From Macrostomum lignano (lineage: Eukaryota), in assembly GCA_002269645.1 (NCBI GenBank), contig NIVC01000725.1, positions 434,296 through 498,295 on the forward strand: DNA of 64,000 nucleotides, read 5' to 3'. The first letter of the stretch is position 1, and the number at the start of each line of letters is the position of its first letter. The notes beneath the pieces are model-generated. The model had not been told where the DNA came from and did not search any database. It saw only the letters and a list, made by a program, of their open reading frames with translations. Of this stretch, positions 58,000 to 64,000 are shown in pieces. Position numbers and translations under genes: made by a program.

Positions 58000-58970
58000 T
58001 CCTCCCTAAATCACCCTGAGAATCGCACTGATCTACCCTGAGAATCGCCCTGATACACCCTGAGAATCGCCCTTATCCACCTTGAGAATCACACTGATCC
58101 ACCCTGAGAATCGCCTTGATCCACCCTGAGAATCGCCCTGATACACCCTGAGAATCACACTGATCTACCCTGAGAATCGCCCTGATCCACCCTGAGAATC
58201 GCCCTGATCCACCCTGAGAATCGCCCTGATCCACCCTGAGAATCGCCCTGATCCATCCTGAGAATCGCCCTGATCCATCCTGAGAATCGCCCTGATCCAC
58301 CCTGAGAATCACACTGATCCACCCTGAGAATCGCCCTGAACCACCCTGAGAATCGCCCTGATCCATCCTGAGAATCGCCCTTATCCACCTTGAGAATCAC
58401 ACTGATCCACCCTGAGAATCGCCTTGATCCACCCTGAGAATCGCCCTGATACACCCTGAGAATCACACTGATCTACCCTGAGAATCGCCCTGATCCACCC
58501 TGAGAATCGCCCTGATCCACCCTGAGAATCGCCCTGATCCATCCTGAGAATCGTCCTGATACACCCTAAGAATCACACTGATCCACCCTGAGAATCGCCT
58601 TGATCCACCCTGAGAATCGCCCTGATCCATCCTGAGAATCGCCCTGATCCACCCTGAGAATCGCCCTGATCCACCCTGAGAATCGCCCTGATCCACCCTG
58701 AGAATCGCCCTGATCCATCCTGAGAATCGTCCTGATACACCCTAAGAATCACACTGATCCACCCTGAGAATCGCCCTGATCCACCCTGAGAATCGCCCTG
58801 ATCCACCCTGAGAATCGCCCTGATCCACCCTGAGAATCACTCATAAATTACTCTGAGAATCAAGCCCCTAGTTAGCTCAGCAAATCACCCCAAATCGTCC
58901 TAAAAGTCGCCCCAAATCATTCTAAGAATCGCCCCTATATCATTCTAAGAATCGCCCCCAAATCGTCCTA
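58000..58970. repeat. Minisatellite, 22-bp unit ACCCTGAGAATCGCCCTGATCC
   Basis: About 38 good units plus degenerate flanks. Confidence 0.95.
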
Positions 58971-59285
58971 GAATCACAGTCACTCTGCATCCAATTTCGC
59001 TATTTAGATTCCAATAGCCATGCGGTTTTTATCAACTTTATCGTCCATCACAGCAAGTTTTCTGACTAATTACAAGTCATAGCCCTGGTGTGCTGTATAC
59101 GCGCAGCCTTACCAGCTATAGCCATGTGTGTCTATACAAAAGCTTGCGTGCAAGTGATTTGTGGCCAGATTAGTTTGCGAGTTCGCATGACATCAAAAGC
59201 TGAGAAGGGACGGCAGAGCTCGCTGGGGGAAGAGAGACAGACGAACCGAATTCCTCCTCTCTGTTGGTTCCTCGATCCCTCCCTT

Positions 59286-59444
59286 ATTGGCCAATAGCCA
59301 GTAGCAATGTAAATCTCTGCTGACTTGCTACGTATAAAGCTGCTTCGTGTCTCATTTCTCTTATTGCGACTTTTTCTCCCAACCCTTTTTATTTTTTGAG
59401 GAATTTCTTTCAATCTTCTATTTCGAAGTTAGGGATCTGTAAGT
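59286..59444 (+). promoter_or_regulatory. Candidate promoter and non-coding first exon for the USP gene at 60788
   Basis: Palindromic ATTGGCCAAT (59286-59295), TATAAAG (59333-59339), donor GTAAGT (59439-59444) and acceptor TTTTTCAG|60759 29 nt before the ATG. Inferred from motifs only. Confidence 0.45.
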
Positions 59445-59514
59445 GCTGTTTTCAAATTATCAGTGTACAGCTCGTTGCTGTGATTTGCCGTAGAATCTTG
59501 TTAGTGACTGCCGC

Positions 59515-59885
59515 TTTAGCCGCCCTGGCAACCAGTATTGACTCATCTTAGCGCCCCTAGCAACCAAATATTGACACACCTGCTATTTAGCGGTATCCTA
59601 GCGGCCCTAGCAACTAACATTTGCCCTCTGCTATTCATCTTAGCGCCCCTAGCAACCAATATTGAATCCCCATTACTAATTTTAGCGCCCCTAGCAACCA
59701 ATATTGATTCCCCATTACTCATTTTAGCCCCCCTGGCAACCAATATTGATTCCCCAGGGCCAAGATCAAATTTTAGTGCCCCCTGGCAACCAAATATTGA
59801 CACCCTTGATTTTTATCTTGGCACCCCTAGCAACCAATCTTTGCACCTCTGCTATTCATCTTAGCGGCCCTAGCAACCAAATATT
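59515..59885. repeat. Degenerate tandem repeat of about 43 bp with core CCCT(A/G)GCAACC
   Basis: 9 copies of the core. Confidence 0.8.
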
Positions 59886-60267
59886 GTAAATCAAATTGCG
59901 TACATGTGCGTAGTGCTTTTGATTAAATTGCTTAATTTTCAAGCACCAGGGATGTTATTGAATTAAAGTGCTAATTGCTAGCCTGCCTGTATGTCATGCA
60001 TTATGCATAACTACTCATACGTATGCTCGAGAATAATATAAGCCATGTGCCAAACGGCCATGAATAGGGGAGCTGCTTGTGAGCACATTCAAAAAAGCAA
60101 TATCCTATAAGAGACACTGTACCATTGCGCAGTAGAGGGAACTAATCACAAATAGTCAGGAAGTTAATAAATGTATGGTTTATGAGTTATAAGTTGAGAG
60201 GAAGGAATTCACTTGACGATTTTCAGAGGAAACAACTTATAGTGCTTCGATGATTTAAATTAAAGGA

Positions 60268-60708
60268 ATCTAAACAGCAGGCTGTGTGAACTCTTAGGAA
60301 TCTAAACTGCAGGCTGTGTAAACTCTTAGGAATCTAAACTGCAGGCTGTGTAAACTCTTAGGAATCTAAACTGCAGGCTGTGTGAACTATTAGTAATCTA
60401 AACTGCAGGCTGTGTAAACTCTTAGGAATCTAAACTGCAGGCTGTGTAAACTCTTAGGAATCTAAACTGCAGGCTGTGTGAACTATTAGTAATCTAAACT
60501 GCAGGCTGTGTAAACTCTTAGGAATCTAAACTGCAGGCTGTGTAAACTCTTAGGAATCTAAACTGCAGGCTGTGTAAACTCTTAGGAATCTAAACTGCAG
60601 GCTGTGTGAACTCTCAGGAATCTAAACTGCAGGCTGTGTGAACTCTTAGGAATCTAAACTGCAGGCTGTGTGAACTCTTAGGAATCTAAACTGCAGGCTG
60701 TGTGAACT
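60268..60708. repeat. Minisatellite, 32-bp unit AATCTAAACTGCAGGCTGTGTAAACTCTTAGG
   Basis: About 14 units. Confidence 0.95.
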
Positions 60709-60787
60709 TTTTGAATTAAGTAGAACTTGTTTTAAAAATATCGCATAATTTTTTTCAGAATTTCGTTCAATTTTTCAAAGAATTAAT

Positions 60788-61252
60788 ATGTCAACAAACC
60801 GTCGCATCCTACTAGCAGTAGACGGCAGTGAGCATTCCGATCGGGCTTTGAAATTCTACGCCGAAAGTATCTGGCAACCTGGCGACGAAGTGATATTTGT
60901 TTATTGCGTGGAGCCGCCGCGCCTGTCTCTGAGCGACATGGTGTCGTCCGGTGCGTCGGACGCATTTGCTCGCGGCGTCGAGTCTGCCGTTCAGCACGGT
61001 CACCGACTCGCCGACGAGCTCCGGGCCAAGTGCACCGTTCTGGGCGTCACCAGCACGGTGCGATTCGTGGAACGGATGGAGCCGAACGGAGCCGGGGCGG
61101 CCATCGTTGATGTCAGCCAAGAGGAGGCTGTCACCTGCCTGGTGCTGGGCAGCCGAGGTCTGGGCAAATTTCGACGCACCTTTCTCGGTAGCGTGTCCGA
61201 CTATGTGCTGCATCATTCCCGCAAACCGGTGCTCATTGTGCCGCCGCAGTGA
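60788..61252 (+). CDS. Universal stress protein (UspA family), 154 aa, intronless CDS
   Basis: RRILLAVDGSEHS.RAL N-terminal motif; G.AIV; LVLGSRGLGKFRRTFLGSVSDYVLHH..PVLIV containing the G-2x-G-9x-GS ATP-binding motif. Confidence 0.93.
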   Translation: MSTNRRILLAVDGSEHSDRALKFYAESIWQPGDEVIFVYCVEPPRLSLSDMVSSGASDAFARGVESAVQHGHRLADELRAKCTVLGVTSTVRFVERMEPNGAGAAIVDVSQEEAVTCLVLGSRGLGKFRRTFLGSVSDYVLHHSRKPVLIVPPQ

Positions 61253-61264
61253 TTGTTTTGTGCA

Positions 61265-61630
61265 CTACCGATATGTATCGATAGTTATTTAAAATGATTT
61301 TCAGCTAATTGTACTGATATGTATCGATAGTGATGTAAAATGATTTCCAGCTAATATTTTATACCGATATGTATCGATAGTGATGTAAAATGATTTCCAG
61401 CTAATATTCTATACCGATATGTATCGATAGTGATGTAAAATGATTTCCAGCTAATATTTTATACCGATATGTATCGATAGTGATGTAAAATGATTTCCAG
61501 CTTATATTTTATACCGATATGTATCGATAGTGATGTAAAATGATTTCCAGCTAATATTTTATACCGATATGTATCGATAGTGATGTAAAATGATTTCCAG
61601 TTAATATTGTATACCGATATGTATCGAAAA
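61265..61630. repeat. Minisatellite, 50-bp unit ATACCGATATGTATCGATAGTGATGTAAAATGATTTCCAGCTAATATTTT
   Basis: About 7 units starting just after the USP stop. Confidence 0.93.
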
Positions 61631-63245
61631 GAAACACAAAAATTTAATCATTTCTAGCTCGTAAATTAGCTTAACGAAAGTAGGCATTATCGTATCTATT
61701 CATTTCAATTCCATCTTTCCGTATCTACATAGGAGTTTTGTGTTGCCGATATGTATCGAAAATTGTATGAAAAGCTAATTACGAAAGTTTTGCAAACTAC
61801 TTTTATTTATTATATTTGATTATCTATTCTGTGATCTAAACTTCTTATTCTGTAAGTAAGATGGCTAACTGGACGAAATTATTTTTTAATAATTTTAAAA
61901 GTATCGACCGATATGTATCGAAAGTTAGGCTTTTCATCGAGTCTTTGTCTACGGCAATCTAATTTTATTGTTCGCGTCTCTGTCCTCAAAGCTCAGGACG
62001 GTTTTCACTGATATATATTTGTAATACTATCTATGAAAGCAGCAATATAGTATGTAATATGTTTTCAGTGTCGTAATAGGAAATATATGCATATTGTAAA
62101 ACCTCCGATGTTGTGATTCATTGCTTCGTGTCTGGCTTCCGCTTGTTCTAATCTTTTTTTAATACATATTTTGAATATACTACTGATGTTGTAAGTGCGT
62201 ATTTCAATATTTTTTATCAATGAGCTTTTATTACGTTTTTAGTGGTCACTTCCTTTTTTATTATAATCGTCCAAAATCATATTTGTTATCTGTAGAGGCT
62301 TCAATAAAAGTACATGTTGTACTATAAAGTTATTTATTATTATTATTGGGCTTTGGAATCGAGATATTTAAATTCATCAGGCCCTCAGATTTTCTTCAGC
62401 TGTGTACTTTTGTATTCAATGTATTTTTAAAGTTCTTATGTGCTTTAGTTCTGTTTTAAACAACTTTTATGACTCCAATTAAGTATTCTCTGACCTTGCC
62501 CTGCCTTAACCTTCCGTTTATTATTTATTTTGATATTCACTTTAAGTTGCAGCTTATAGAGTCTTTTTAGAAGTTTTTATTAATGCTTAATTCCATTTTC
62601 TGCTTGCCTCCGTCTTTATAATTGATTTTAATGCATAAACTACTGACAAAAAGTAGGTGGTACCGCTTTTCAGCTATTAATATTTCAAATTATTTATTTA
62701 TGTCACAACTTTTCTTATCGTGTTCAAAGTAAGAAATTATTGCTTATTTGTGTTCCAGCGTGTTTATGTTCTTCTATTTTTTATAATTCTACTTTAATAT
62801 ATCACTAATCACAATTTGGTTATTTACTTCATAAAAATGTGTTGTTTAGATTTATTTTGATTTTTTCTACGTCTAAAAATAGCTATTTCTAGGCCTGTAT
62901 AGTTAGTACATGAATGTACTTTTAATGAGCAATTAACAGTTTGCATGTTGTCTATATATAAACTGTGAATATTAAATTTTCTAGGTTTCTGTTTGAGATT
63001 TTTACTTTAAATATTAGTACGTTTGTACTTTTATCGTTTCATATATGCTATGCGTGTTAATAAAAGACTCTCGGTCTTTAGTGCAAGTGTACTTTTTATT
63101 GATGTAATAAAGTACGCGATGTACTTTAAAATACTTTGATTGATTTTGTCTGCTTATTTCAATTTTGATTGCACATATTTAATTGATCCAGAATCCATTC
63201 CTGTCTTCAGTTGCCATCGCCGGGGGTTGAGACAGGCCATAAATC

Positions 63246-63467
63246 ATGTCCAATTATAACAGCAGAAGAAGCAACAGCGCCTCGGCAACCCGCCGCATCC
63301 TCATCGCCATTGACGGCAGCGAACACAGCGGGCGAGCCGTCGACTGGTACGCGGCCAACATGAACCAACCCGACGATGAGCTGCTATTTGTCTACGTTGT
63401 TCAGCCGCCGGCTGTTTCCTTGGCAACCAGGCTGACGCGCGCCGATGTCACGGCAGCTTATGCCAAG
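63246..63467 (+). CDS. Second universal stress protein paralogue, first coding exon (gene continues beyond the window)
   Basis: RRILIAIDGSEHSGRAVDWY..N...DDELLFVYVVQPP aligns with the upstream USP; donor AAG|GTTGGT at 63467, phase 0. Confidence 0.88.
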
Positions 63468-63542
63468 GTTGGTTCCTCTTGTGTCTTTTTTTAGAAAAAA
63501 ATTTGACTCTGGCTCTGTGCAAATAATATTTTGTTCTACTCC

Positions 63543-63600
63543 CGGTGTACACCTGTGTGAGCGTATGCCTGCTCAAGGCTCAGCGGAATGGGCAAGGCGG
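63543..63600 (+). mobile_element. Short diverged fragment of SINE family 1
   Basis: TGTACACCTGTGTGAGCGTATGCCTGCTCAAGG..GCGGAATGGGCA resembles 2786-2861 of the full copy, with deletions. Confidence 0.55.
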
Positions 63601-63604
63601 CAGG

Positions 63605-64000
63605 CCCTCCCTCTCCCTCTCTCCCTCCTCTCTCCTTCCTCATCCCTTTCTACCCCCTCTCCCTCTCTTCTTCTCCCCCCTCTCTACCCTCTCTCCCTCT
63701 TCTCTCTCCCTCTCTCCCTTCTCTCTCCTCCCTCATCCCTTTCTACCCCCTCTCCCTCTCTTCTTCTCCCCCCCTCTCTACCCTCTCTCCCTCTCTACCC
63801 TCTCTCCCTCTCTATCCTCTCTCCCTCTCTCCCTCCTCTCTCCTCCCTCATCCCTTTCTACCCCCTCTCCCTCTCTTCTTCTCCCCCCCTCTCTACCCTC
63901 TCTCCCTCTCTACCCTCTCTCCCTCTCTATCCTCTCTCCCTCTCTCCCTCCTCTCTCCTCCCTCATCCCTTTCTACCCCCTCTCCCTCTCTTCTTCTCCC
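63605..64000. repeat. C/T-only low-complexity/minisatellite tract in the USP2 intron
   Basis: Direct observation; recurring CCTCATCCCTTTCTACCCCC blocks. Confidence 0.92.

Noticed and set aside
55396-58806. Minus-strand ORFs up to 667 aa (SPLFLSQCLPCSSPSVSPVPLPV)n and DQGDSQGG repeats
   Set aside because: All frames of 23-bp and 22-bp tandem repeats.
1184-61630. CRISPR-like regularly spaced repeats of 21-50 bp
   Set aside because: Units are head-to-tail with no unique spacers, there are no cas genes, and the context is eukaryotic introns.

Overview
Eukaryotic (animal) genomic DNA with GT-AG introns. The style suggests a free-living flatworm such as Macrostomum: GC-rich exons with poly-Ala/poly-Gln tracts, minisatellite-filled introns and tandem USP genes. 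That assignment is inference only. Nine genes lie on the + strand: the 3' end of an unnamed gene, RELCH/KIAA1468, ARL13B, STRIP1/2 (FAM40), NDUFB3, a probable TTI2, BMS1 and two universal-stress-protein (USP) paralogues. An intronless C-type lectin/PAN gene is nested antisense in the last STRIP intron. About a third of the window is roughly 34 different mini/microsatellite arrays, typically one per intron, and several share short cores (RAATCGCCC; CGATATGTATCG). Mobile elements: a tRNA-derived SINE family (2 full copies with TSDs, 1 chimeric, several fragments), a second CORE-like SINE fragment, a 504-bp P-superfamily element (43-bp TIRs, 8-bp TSD, THAP remnant), a mariner fragment, a 772-bp MITE and a fossil Gypsy LTR-PBS-gag. 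The most unusual feature is an approximately 6.7-kb transposon-remnant domain (about 4.15-10.9 kb) almost stripped of CpG and rich in TpA. There, conserved Gypsy Arg codons read as TGT/TGC/CAT/TAA/TAG, while neighbouring genes and intronic arrays keep their CpGs. Exon coordinates were derived by hand from splice signals, phase consistency and recalled homologue motifs; no database search was run.
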